DNA of 64,000 nt, taken from assembly GCA_963744625.1 (NCBI GenBank), contig CAVUUK010000007.1, forward strand, positions 310,338 to 374,337. The letters are read 5' to 3'. The notes under the pieces were generated by a model, which was given only the letters and a program-made list of their open reading frames with translations, ran no database searches and was not told the origin of the DNA. Of this stretch, positions 19,526 through 28,812 are shown piece by piece (within the stretch, counting starts at the first letter, position 1; each line of letters starts with the position of its first letter). The DNA is from an uncultured Acidobacteriaceae bacterium. Lineage in GTDB: Bacteria > Acidobacteriota > Terriglobia > Terriglobales > Acidobacteriaceae. Made by a program: the position numbers and the translations under genes.

Positions 19526-21076
19526 ATGTCGCCCATGCCCGATATGCAAGATCAAAAACACGCCCGCCCATCCCCAACTCTCTTCCTCATCCTCGCGCTC
19601 TTCCTAACCCTTGCCACCGCCAGCCTCTTCGCCGAGGGAGAACCCTCCATCACCATCCACTGGCAAAAGAGAATCGCCTTGAACCGCACCGTCCCCACCC
19701 TCCAGGCCGTCGTCAATCCCATGCTTCGTCGCGGATCACCCATCCACGACGCCGCCTTCGCCGCACTCCGCCGCATGGGTGCCAACTATGTTCGCTACGC
19801 TTTCTGGCTCCCCTATCCCAAGCTCGCCGTCGCCGAACTTCGCCCGCCCGACGCCACCCACACCTACTGGGACTTCCAATACATGGACCCCTTGGTCGAC
19901 GACTTTCTCCAGGCCTCCGCCGCCCACCCCAGCGTCATGAGTTTCAGCACCATTCCCCAATGGATGTTCATCACCCCGCAGCCCGTCGCCTATCCCGACG
20001 ATCCCAATCAAGTCATCTGGAATTATTCCCAGGGCACAGAGCTTCCCGACCTCAAAGCGCTGGGCGATTACTACGCGCGCCTCGCCAGCTGGTACACCCA
20101 GGGAGGATTTACCGACGAGTTGGGAAAATATCACTCTTCCGGCCATCACTACGACATCCGCTACTGGGAGGTCTTCAACGAAGTCGATGGCGAGCATGAC
20201 ACCTCGCCCCAGCAGTACGTGCAACGCTACGATGCCGTCACTCAGGCCGTCCTCAAGGTCGCTCCATCAATGAAATTCGTCGGCCTCGCTCTCTCTGGCC
20301 CATCCGACGCCGCCCGCATGTTCTCCTACTTCCTCGATCCCAAGAACCACGCTCCCGGAGTCCCACTCGACTACATTTCTTTTCACGTCTACGCCACGCC
20401 CTCCGGCGATCAGACTCTCGAAGACTGGCAGTACACCTTTTTTAACCGCGCCAGCGAATTTGTCTCCGTCACCCGCTACATCCTCGAACTCCGTAACCTG
20501 CTCTCGCCCTCAACCAAAGTCATGGTCAACGAAGTCGGTTCCATTCTCACCGGAGACATGGTTCAAGGAGAGCCCGGCCACGTCGAAAAACCAATCCCTC
20601 CCGCCTACTGGAATCTCAGCGGAGCCTTCTACGCCTACCTCTATGCGGAACTCGCCAAACTTGGCGTCGATACCATCGGAGAATCCCAGCTCGTCGGCTA
20701 CCCCTCGCAGTTTCCGAGCGTAGCCATGCTCGACTGGACCACCGGCAAGCCAAACGCCCGCTTCACCATCCTCGAGCTGATCAAAAACAACTTCGGTCCC
20801 GGGGACGAACTCCCCGACACCGCCGTCGATAGCAACGGTTCCCTCGCCAATGCAGACGCCGTCGAGGCGCAGGCCTTCGTTCGCGACGGCCATCGCAAGT
20901 TGCTCTTAATCAATCAGCGCAATCGTGACCTAACCGTCCAACTTCCCAAAGAATGCTTGGGCGCCACCATGCAAACCATCGGAGGCACTTCGCCCGACAC
21001 CGTCACGCAAAACATAGGAGACACCAAAGTCCAACTAATCCCCTTCGCCGTCTCCGTAGTCACTCTCAAAGACTAG
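19526..21076 (+). CDS. secreted glycoside hydrolase, clan GH-A TIM-barrel type (GH39/GH30-like, family unresolved)
   Basis: Signal peptide PTLFLILALFLTLATASLFAEG. YWEVFNEVDGEHD (NE acid/base motif of clan GH-A) and MVNEVGS (candidate nucleophile region). Confidence 0.65.
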   Translation: MSPMPDMQDQKHARPSPTLFLILALFLTLATASLFAEGEPSITIHWQKRIALNRTVPTLQAVVNPMLRRGSPIHDAAFAALRRMGANYVRYAFWLPYPKLAVAELRPPDATHTYWDFQYMDPLVDDFLQASAAHPSVMSFSTIPQWMFITPQPVAYPDDPNQVIWNYSQGTELPDLKALGDYYARLASWYTQGGFTDELGKYHSSGHHYDIRYWEVFNEVDGEHDTSPQQYVQRYDAVTQAVLKVAPSMKFVGLALSGPSDAARMFSYFLDPKNHAPGVPLDYISFHVYATPSGDQTLEDWQYTFFNRASEFVSVTRYILELRNLLSPSTKVMVNEVGSILTGDMVQGEPGHVEKPIPPAYWNLSGAFYAYLYAELAKLGVDTIGESQLVGYPSQFPSVAMLDWTTGKPNARFTILELIKNNFGPGDELPDTAVDSNGSLANADAVEAQAFVRDGHRKLLLINQRNRDLTVQLPKECLGATMQTIGGTSPDTVTQNIGDTKVQLIPFAVSVVTLKD

Positions 21077-21216
21077 GCGGCTGTGGGTGAGGGTTCTGCC
21101 AGTTTCGAACGCTTTCACCTGCGCACCCGCTAAGGCAATGTACCTTGCGCGCGCTGGTGGCCATGGCGATGGAGGCGCGGAACAAGGCGTGACCGTCCGC
21201 ACCCTAGCCAGCCGCG

Positions 21217-23481
21217 TTAGCGAATCTTTCCGTGGATGACGACCACGGATGCCGCGGGCAATTCGTAGGACGTGTTAGCGTCCGCGCTCTGCTTGCTGTG
21301 GAGAATCGGCCCATCCGGATCGGCCATGCCCATCGTCTCTGAAACGACGGACGGTTCGGTTGGATTTTCAGCATGCCCTACCGGGCGTGTGTGGCCCGGG
21401 TGCCACTTGTATTGATTCTTTCCGAATATGGAAATTTCAACCGGTCCCTCGAAGGAAGAGACCCGGGCGTCGTTGCCGCCATCTTCATTATTATTATTAA
21501 CGCGCTCGTCATGATTAATGCGTTCGTCGGTGCGTTCTTCGAAGGCGATCTTCACGCGATAAGGATTCTGCTGGTCGCGATTCACCAGCAGCAAAGACCA
21601 TTCGCTATCGGGACGCTTCAGAGCGTATGCCGTCACCATCTCGTGGCCGGCATCGTCGCGGATGTCGCTCTTGGCGGGAAAGACCGCGTGCTCTTCGGCG
21701 CCGGGGACGATCCATTCGAGATTGATGAGCTGCGCCGTGAAAAACTGCGCCAGCGGCTGCAGAATATTGTATTGCCGATCTATGGTGAACATCCCGAAGG
21801 TTCCGGGCGAGTCGTTGCATCCATGTTCCATGGGCAGCGGGAGATAGTGGAAGTAGTAGACGCCGTCGCCTCCGGCATTCAGGAACGAGCCGATGTAGTC
21901 GGCGAGCCAGAGCCCGGAGAAGATTTCCATGTAGGTTTCGCTGGCGCCCGACGAGAGATTCGACTCGGTGATGAACAACGGAGTCTCCTTCGGCACTCCA
22001 TCTTCGCGCCAGACTTGCATGATGTGCGACACGAGCTGAGGCTCCTCGTAGAGGCTTCCCCATGGGATTCTGCAGGGTTCGTAGGGATAGTGCTCGAACG
22101 AGAAAAATGCCAGATCCTGCAGCCGATTGTGCCGCTTCAGATATTCGATGAAGCGATTGGTCCATGATGCGTTTCCTTCGGCATCCGGCCAGGTCAGGAT
22201 GTCTTGATTGACACCTTGAAACGACGGTCCGCCGAGTTTGAGCGTGGGATCGAGGTGGTGCAGCGCGGTCGCCCATTGCAGGTAGAGCGTGCCGTAATCC
22301 TCGGGACTCAGATATTGTCCGTCCGATTCTTCTCCCATCTCGACATACGAGATCGGATAATGGCGATTCTTGAGATAGGCAATTTCGGCGACGGCGTCCT
22401 CGGGAGTGTCATAGAGCAACGCTACCGGTACCATCGCCGGAAGTCCGCGCGTAATCCCGCTGGTGAAGAAGGTGTCAAATCCCACCTGCGCCTGCTTCAT
22501 CGTGCCGATGTCGGCAGCGGTATGCCACGGATCGACCGAAGAACAGTAGGTCGTTGTCTGTTCCTGGTCGGGTACGTGGCGAAGGATGTCGTGGAAGAGG
22601 CCGTTCGGGGACAGAGTTCCGACATACAGCTCGCGTATGGCATAACCCACGCAAGCGCGCGGATCAGAAGACGACTCCGGGCTGCAGGCATTCGAAGACG
22701 CAGTCATCAGAATGCGAATGTATCGCACGGGAAAAGGAGCGTCCGTCAGGCGCAGAACGGCCGATCCGCCGTGGCCGTGGTCAATCACGCCGAACGGATA
22801 CGATTGCCACACTCCATGAATGGCGTCGTGCATCGGGTCTTCGAGGCCCTCCCAGTGCTGCACCACAAATTGTGTGGCATAGGGTTCGGCCCATGAGATG
22901 CGAATGCTGTCGATGAGCTGTTTTTGCGCCAGGTCGATGATCACCCACTGCGGATGCTGAGCGTCGCTCTCTCCCGTAAACCGCTCGGTGAGGTAGGGGT
23001 TGCTTTTCCAATACGTGCTCTCGTCTCCATCAGTCATACGAGAGAAGCCGGCATTGGGAGTGCCGTCGTTGCGCGTAAAGCCGCGGTGGGGTAAAGGATA
23101 TCCGTAGGAGTAATGGATGGGATCGCCCGGCGTTGACGACCCGGTGAAGTAGCCCTTATCGCCGGGCTCACTCCATTTGCCCTTGGGATTCCAATGCCAT
23201 GCCTCGATGGTCAGCTCCGTATTGTTGCGGTAGGTCACCGGTTGCCAGCCGGAAGCCAGAGCGCGTCCGAGATTCGGCTGGATAAGGTCGTGATCAATCG
23301 CTTCGGCGGGAATGCGATCGACGCCGGCGCCAACGGTTTCATTGGGGCGAAAGTGATTGGTGGAGTGACCGGGAGTAATATCGACGTGGATGGTCTGGGC
23401 CGGGGCGGGAAATCCTATCGTTAATAGTAATAAGGACCATCCGAGATACGTGGCTGTTTTCTTCAAAATGCCTCCTCCCAT
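21217..23481 (-). CDS. secreted discoidin (F5/8 type C, CBM32-like) domain plus GH-like TIM-barrel protein
   Basis: DGDESTYWKSNPY...QWVIIDLAQKQLIDSIRISWAEPYATQFVVQHW is an F5/8 type C signature. The C-terminal half has VEMGEESDGQY and PLFITESN candidate catalytic glutamates. The N-terminus is signal-like. Confidence 0.65.
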   Translation of the reverse strand: MGGGILKKTATYLGWSLLLLTIGFPAPAQTIHVDITPGHSTNHFRPNETVGAGVDRIPAEAIDHDLIQPNLGRALASGWQPVTYRNNTELTIEAWHWNPKGKWSEPGDKGYFTGSSTPGDPIHYSYGYPLPHRGFTRNDGTPNAGFSRMTDGDESTYWKSNPYLTERFTGESDAQHPQWVIIDLAQKQLIDSIRISWAEPYATQFVVQHWEGLEDPMHDAIHGVWQSYPFGVIDHGHGGSAVLRLTDAPFPVRYIRILMTASSNACSPESSSDPRACVGYAIRELYVGTLSPNGLFHDILRHVPDQEQTTTYCSSVDPWHTAADIGTMKQAQVGFDTFFTSGITRGLPAMVPVALLYDTPEDAVAEIAYLKNRHYPISYVEMGEESDGQYLSPEDYGTLYLQWATALHHLDPTLKLGGPSFQGVNQDILTWPDAEGNASWTNRFIEYLKRHNRLQDLAFFSFEHYPYEPCRIPWGSLYEEPQLVSHIMQVWREDGVPKETPLFITESNLSSGASETYMEIFSGLWLADYIGSFLNAGGDGVYYFHYLPLPMEHGCNDSPGTFGMFTIDRQYNILQPLAQFFTAQLINLEWIVPGAEEHAVFPAKSDIRDDAGHEMVTAYALKRPDSEWSLLLVNRDQQNPYRVKIAFEERTDERINHDERVNNNNEDGGNDARVSSFEGPVEISIFGKNQYKWHPGHTRPVGHAENPTEPSVVSETMGMADPDGPILHSKQSADANTSYELPAASVVVIHGKIR

Positions 23482-23675
23482 TTTCGGGATTTTTTACATC
23501 GGGCGTTGATCTTCGCCCTTGCATTTTCCGGCGCACCTTCTCATAATCAATCGTTTTAATGTCCGGGAAAAATGCTATCACGGGTTCAGTCAGGGAAAGC
23601 GCGATTTCCTCCGATCGACCATGTCATCGAGGATCACCGGTTGCCCTAATTCAGCATGGTTCGTGGGAGGCCAGC

Positions 23676-26600
23676 ATGAGTACGTCCAGTTTGGTTCCGC
23701 GTCAAATTTGCCAACGCCTGTTTGAAATCGTAGTTCTTGCCTTTCTCATTGTTCTTCCGGCGGTCCTGTTCGGGCAAGCCTACTTCGGAACCGTGAGCGG
23801 CATTCTGACAGACCAGAGCGGGGCGATCGTGCAGAACGCCACCGTGGTCCTCAAAGACGAGCAAAAGGGGTACACCTTCACCGCCAAGTCTGACAGCGCC
23901 GGACACTATCTTTTTGCCTCCATTCCGCCGGGTCTGTACACGGTTACGACGGAGACGAAGGGCTTTGAGAAGAATGTTCGGACGCACGTCCGGGTGAACG
24001 TCACGGAAAATGTGACGGTCAACATGACGATGAAAATTGCCGGCACGTCGCAAAGCGTTGAGGTGAAGGCGCAAACGCAAGGCGTCCACACGGAAGACGC
24101 AGTGACCGGCGAGGTCATCGATCGGCGTGCGATTAACGATTTGCCGCTGATCGGCCGCGTTGCGCAGGATTTGATCTACCTGACGCCGGGCGTCACCGAT
24201 ATGAGCGACGCGAACAGCGTCATGGATACGAACGGGACGAACTTTGTCTCCAACGGCAGCCGCGGCGCCAGCGCTGACATTTTGTTGGACGGGGCGTCGG
24301 TCACGAACTTTGAACCGAACGGCGGCATTACCTATGCGACTTACGTTCCCTCGCCGGAAGCGATCGACGAGTTCAAGGTTCAGCAGTCGAACTTCAGCGC
24401 GGAATACGGCTTTTCGGGCGCATCGGTCGTCAACATGATCACGCGTTCCGGGACGAACGCCTATCACGGGGAAGTCTACGATTTCATCCGCAACACCCTT
24501 ACCGACGCGAATAATTGGTTCAACAATGAGAGCGGCATTCCGATTCCACCAATTCACCGGCACGATTTTGGCGGCACTTTTGGCGGTCCGATCTTCAAAA
24601 ACAAAACTTTCTTCTTCTTCGACTGGGATGGCACACTGCTGAGCTACATGAGCACATACTACGCGGGCGTGCCGAGCGCGGCGGAGCGGACGGGCGATTT
24701 CGGCGAGGTATGCGGCGCACAGGGCGGGACGTTCGACAACACTGGAATGTGCAGCGTGCCGGCGGGGCAGATATGGGATCCCTATACCGGAGTCTATAAC
24801 CCCAATGACGGCGGGCCGGTGCGCGGCGCCTTCATTCCGTATAACAACATTGCCGCATACACCAGCCCCGGGAATTCCAAGCTGAACGGCACTCCCTACC
24901 AGTTGCCGCAGGTACCGGGAAATCTCATCGATCCGGTGGCGCAGAATATGATGAATCTTTTCCCCAACCCGACTCCAAACATCGCGAATGAGTCAATCTA
25001 TTACAACTGGATCGCTTCGGGTGCGACTCCACAGAATAACCAGCAGTTCGATGTGAAGATCGACCATCGTTTCAGCGAGAGGAATCTGTTGAGCGCGAAA
25101 TATTCGCAAGACTGGAATTCCATCACACCCTACAAGTGCTTCAGTACGTTTATCGATCCATGCGGCAGCGGAATCAATGGGGGCAACGCGCACCTGTTCG
25201 CGATGAACGATACTTACACTTTCAGTCCTACGTTGCTGCTGAACACCACGGTGGGGTACACGCGCGGAACGACACGTATCGATGCCTACAACTCGAGCCA
25301 GAATCCCAATCCACTCTCCGCTCTGGGATTCCCATCGTATCTCGAGCAGAACGGCTTCAACGGCGTCCCCGCCATCTTCATAGGCGCGGGATATTATTCC
25401 GCCGGCTACACCAGCGCGGGAAACAACCCGTATGGCAATTACAAGCAAGGGCAGGATACCGGGCAGCTTTCATTTCTGTTGACCAAGATCCACGGCTCGC
25501 ATGAATTGAAGTTCGGATTCGAAGGGCGCGTACACCAGCAGAATTACATCCAGACAAACGCTCCCTTGGGCGTCTTCAGCTTTGACAATACGGGCAGTTC
25601 GCAGTGTCCGTTCTCGGGCGACCTGACGGATTGCGGCGGCGACGGAATGGCCAGCTTCATGATGGGCCAGATGCAGGGGGGCGGGAACAGCGGCTATGAG
25701 ATTCAGTTTGAGCCCGCAACCACAAATTACCAGTATGCATGGTTTGTTCAGGACAACTGGAAAGCGACGAGCAAGTTGACGCTCAACATGGGGCTGAGAT
25801 ACGACGTGTCGCTGCCGAGGACCGAGCGCCACAACCGTATGAACTGGTTCAACCCCACCGTCACCAATCCGCTCAACGGCGGCACAATCTCGTATACCGA
25901 TCCGGTCAGCGGAGAGGACGTCACGCGCGCACTGCTCGGCGGCGAGGTGTTTGCCAATTCGAATATCCGGACGAACTGGCTCGTCGACTGGAAAGACATT
26001 CAGCCACGCCTCGGCTTCGCCTACCAGTTCGCGCAGAAGATGGTGCTGCGCGGAGGCTATGGCATCTACTTCGGACAAAGCCGTTCGGGCGCTAACGGGT
26101 TATTGAGCTACGGTTCCCAAGGGTATAACCAAAGCACCGTTCTGATTAATACATATCAGAACGACGGCGCCACTCCTTATCTGCACCTCAGCAATCCGTA
26201 TCCGAACGGGCTCATCCAGCCGGCGGGAAGTTCGCTCGGTCTGCTGAACGATGTAGGCTTCGGGGCGATCGGCCCGCTTCGCACCCATGCCGCCGCGCAA
26301 ACTCCCTACGAAGGGACTTGGACTCTCGGCATCGAGCGCCAACTTCCGTATAACTTCGTGATTTCAGCGACCTATGTTGGGAAGGAGGGAACCCACCTCT
26401 ACTTCAGCGGCGACAACAATTACGACATTCTCGGGCCCGAAATCGAGAACTACACTCCCGCCCAGATCGCGGCCCTGGAAACTTACGTCAACAATCCTTA
26501 TCAGACGCTGATCACGAATCCCAACAGCACTCTTTCGAGCGCGCAGGTTCCGGGGTACCAACTGGCGCTTCCCTACCCGGAGTTCACGGGCGTCACCACC

Positions 26601-27401
26601 GATGTTCCGCCGACCGCCAACTCCAGCTACAACGCCTTGCAGCTCACGGCGGAAAAACACTACAGCAACGGTTTGGAACTCCTGGTGAGTTATACCTGGT
26701 CGAAATCGATCGACGATTCTTCGATGTATGACGACAACGTGGCGTGGCTGGGAAATTACGGCCCCAACGCTGGCTGGGCGCTACAGGATCCGAACAAGCC
26801 GTGGCTCGAGCGGGGCATCTCGACCTTTGACGTGCCGTCGGACCTCAAATTCAGCTACAGCTATGATGTGCCGCTTGGACGCGGCAAGGCATTGCTGGGC
26901 AACATGCCGCGTGTACTGGACGCGGTCATCGGGGGCTGGAAGACCAACGGCATTTGGGAGATTCACTCGGGCCGCCCGCTCAGCTTCTCCACCCTGAATG
27001 GCGGCACGCCGCTGCCGACCTACGGCCCGCAATTTGCCAATCTTACGGGCACGCCCCAGCGGCAATATGGCAGCCACAGTAATTGGGTGAACAACTATTT
27101 CGCCAATCCCGGTGTCATCCAGCTTCCCGACCCGTTTACTCTCGGCAACGCCGGGCGGACCACTGGATCGATCCGCACGCCGTCAGCGTTCACCAGCGAT
27201 CTATCGATCAGCAAGCAGTTCCTGCTGTCGAACGTGCATGAGGGAGTGCGCTTGGAAACGCGCCTGGAAGCCCACAATGCCTTCAACCATCCGGTATTTG
27301 GCACGCCCGACACAAATGCGGGCGATCCTGATTTGGGGCAGATTACTTATTTGGCCGTCGGTCCGCGGGAATGTCAGTTGGCGCTCAAGGTTATTTTCTA
27401 A
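23676..27401 (+). CDS. TonB-dependent outer-membrane receptor with N-terminal carboxypeptidase-regulatory-like domain
   Basis: ATG 23676 gives a signal sequence. GTVSGILTDQSGAIVQNATVVLKD...GHYLFASIPPGLYTVTTETKGFEK is a CarboxypepD_reg domain. Plug-like region DRRAINDLPLIGR. Long beta-rich barrel ending in a terminal F (LKVIF). Confidence 0.85.
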   Translation: MSTSSLVPRQICQRLFEIVVLAFLIVLPAVLFGQAYFGTVSGILTDQSGAIVQNATVVLKDEQKGYTFTAKSDSAGHYLFASIPPGLYTVTTETKGFEKNVRTHVRVNVTENVTVNMTMKIAGTSQSVEVKAQTQGVHTEDAVTGEVIDRRAINDLPLIGRVAQDLIYLTPGVTDMSDANSVMDTNGTNFVSNGSRGASADILLDGASVTNFEPNGGITYATYVPSPEAIDEFKVQQSNFSAEYGFSGASVVNMITRSGTNAYHGEVYDFIRNTLTDANNWFNNESGIPIPPIHRHDFGGTFGGPIFKNKTFFFFDWDGTLLSYMSTYYAGVPSAAERTGDFGEVCGAQGGTFDNTGMCSVPAGQIWDPYTGVYNPNDGGPVRGAFIPYNNIAAYTSPGNSKLNGTPYQLPQVPGNLIDPVAQNMMNLFPNPTPNIANESIYYNWIASGATPQNNQQFDVKIDHRFSERNLLSAKYSQDWNSITPYKCFSTFIDPCGSGINGGNAHLFAMNDTYTFSPTLLLNTTVGYTRGTTRIDAYNSSQNPNPLSALGFPSYLEQNGFNGVPAIFIGAGYYSAGYTSAGNNPYGNYKQGQDTGQLSFLLTKIHGSHELKFGFEGRVHQQNYIQTNAPLGVFSFDNTGSSQCPFSGDLTDCGGDGMASFMMGQMQGGGNSGYEIQFEPATTNYQYAWFVQDNWKATSKLTLNMGLRYDVSLPRTERHNRMNWFNPTVTNPLNGGTISYTDPVSGEDVTRALLGGEVFANSNIRTNWLVDWKDIQPRLGFAYQFAQKMVLRGGYGIYFGQSRSGANGLLSYGSQGYNQSTVLINTYQNDGATPYLHLSNPYPNGLIQPAGSSLGLLNDVGFGAIGPLRTHAAAQTPYEGTWTLGIERQLPYNFVISATYVGKEGTHLYFSGDNNYDILGPEIENYTPAQIAALETYVNNPYQTLITNPNSTLSSAQVPGYQLALPYPEFTGVTTDVPPTANSSYNALQLTAEKHYSNGLELLVSYTWSKSIDDSSMYDDNVAWLGNYGPNAGWALQDPNKPWLERGISTFDVPSDLKFSYSYDVPLGRGKALLGNMPRVLDAVIGGWKTNGIWEIHSGRPLSFSTLNGGTPLPTYGPQFANLTGTPQRQYGSHSNWVNNYFANPGVIQLPDPFTLGNAGRTTGSIRTPSAFTSDLSISKQFLLSNVHEGVRLETRLEAHNAFNHPVFGTPDTNAGDPDLGQITYLAVGPRECQLALKVIF

Positions 27402-27532
27402 CGACGTAATTCATTGGAACACGAGTCGAAATGCGCGCTTGCAACGCACAAACACGATGAACTGGGCATTTTAATTTCAAAAACCCGCATAGGGGAAAAA
27501 CAGATTCTGACGGCGCGGTGAAAGGACTCCGT

Positions 27533-28702
27533 ATGAGAATTCGTTCCGAGCACTTGAAGACTTGCGTTCAACTGACGGTGATGTTGTTAGCCGGCCTCGG
27601 CCTGTTGTGCGCGAGCGCTCAAAGCCAGGTTTCACCCGCCCCGTCGGCATCGAAGCTGACGAAAAGGATCGTCGGCGATTACGGCTACTGGAGCAAGTAC
27701 CAGAATCCGCCGTACGGGGCCGCGCAGATTCCTTATTCGAAGCTGACCCATATCATTCATTTCGGCGTCGGTTTCGGGTCCGATGGATCGCTCCAGGTTC
27801 CCGACGGGTTTATCGAACCGGCTCTGCTGCGCAAGGCGCATAAGGCCGGCGTCAAAGTAATGCTCGCGCCGGGCGGAAATTTCAGCGAGTTCGATGGCCA
27901 TCCGGGTCTGATGGGGACGTTCGTCGCCAACTTGTGGACCTTCATCAACGAAGAGGGATACGACGGCGTCGACATCGACTGGGAGTATCCCACGGCGCAG
28001 GAGTCCGATACTTTTTATGCGCTGATGATGTCGTTGCGGATGGCGTTTACTTCGCCCACCTACGTGATTTCGGCCGACATTCCGCCGTGGGCGGGCGACG
28101 GATACGATCTTCCGCAAGTGAATCCCTTTGTCGATTACTACAACATCATGATGTACGACTGCGCCGGCCCCTGGACCCAGGATGGCCAGTTGAACTCTGA
28201 GATTTTCTGGGATCCGAACGATCCCGATCCATGGGAGTGCCAACCGGGAGGCGCGGCCAACGAGGCGATTGCGATTTTCCTTTCGGATGGAGTTCCGCCG
28301 TCGCAGATGAACATGGGCACTCCTTTTTATGGATACTATTACACGAACGTAAGCGCATTATTTGGAGAGTGCACCAACGCCAGCCACACGCACGACGGAA
28401 ACTGCGACAACACGTCGGTTTCGGTGAACTACGGAACCTTCCTCAAACAGCGCATTAACGCTAAAGGCTGGGAGACTTTCTACGATGACATTGCGCTTGT
28501 GCCTTACATGCTGAGAAAGAACGGCGGGAAGGGTTTTATCACTTATGACGACGAGTCGTCGACCTACTATCGCGTGATGTACGCGGACTGGACGGCGAAT
28601 CTCGGCGGCACGTTTATGTGGTCTCTGGATGCAGACTACGATGGTCATTCGCAGGATCTGCTGGATGAGATGTACACGGCGAGTCTGAACCCGTCGAATT
28701 AA
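27533..28702 (+). CDS. glycoside hydrolase family 18 (chitinase / endo-beta-N-acetylglucosaminidase type), secreted
   Basis: GYDGVDIDWEYP (intact DxxDxDxE), MMYD and FMWSLDAD motifs, and a signal-like N-terminus. GTG 27518 is an alternative start. Confidence 0.85.
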   Translation: MRIRSEHLKTCVQLTVMLLAGLGLLCASAQSQVSPAPSASKLTKRIVGDYGYWSKYQNPPYGAAQIPYSKLTHIIHFGVGFGSDGSLQVPDGFIEPALLRKAHKAGVKVMLAPGGNFSEFDGHPGLMGTFVANLWTFINEEGYDGVDIDWEYPTAQESDTFYALMMSLRMAFTSPTYVISADIPPWAGDGYDLPQVNPFVDYYNIMMYDCAGPWTQDGQLNSEIFWDPNDPDPWECQPGGAANEAIAIFLSDGVPPSQMNMGTPFYGYYYTNVSALFGECTNASHTHDGNCDNTSVSVNYGTFLKQRINAKGWETFYDDIALVPYMLRKNGGKGFITYDDESSTYYRVMYADWTANLGGTFMWSLDADYDGHSQDLLDEMYTASLNPSN

Positions 28703-28739
28703 TGCTCGGCTTGGCAGAGCTGGAGCCGCGGGCGCTGCC

Positions 28740-28809
28740 TGCGATGCGGTGTACGGTACGACGTGCGATTTGGCGTCCGATGCCATTTGCGATGCGGTGT
28801 ACGATTTGG
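28740..28809 (+). repeat. intergenic direct repeat TGCGATGCGGTGTACG (x2) with GATTTGG tails
   Basis: 16-nt perfect copies at 28740-28755 and 28788-28803. GATTTGG follows at 28767-28773 and 28803-28809 (sharing the last G of copy 2). The repeat lies between the GH18 stop and the next ATG at 28813. Confidence 0.8.
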
Positions 28810-28812
28810 AAG

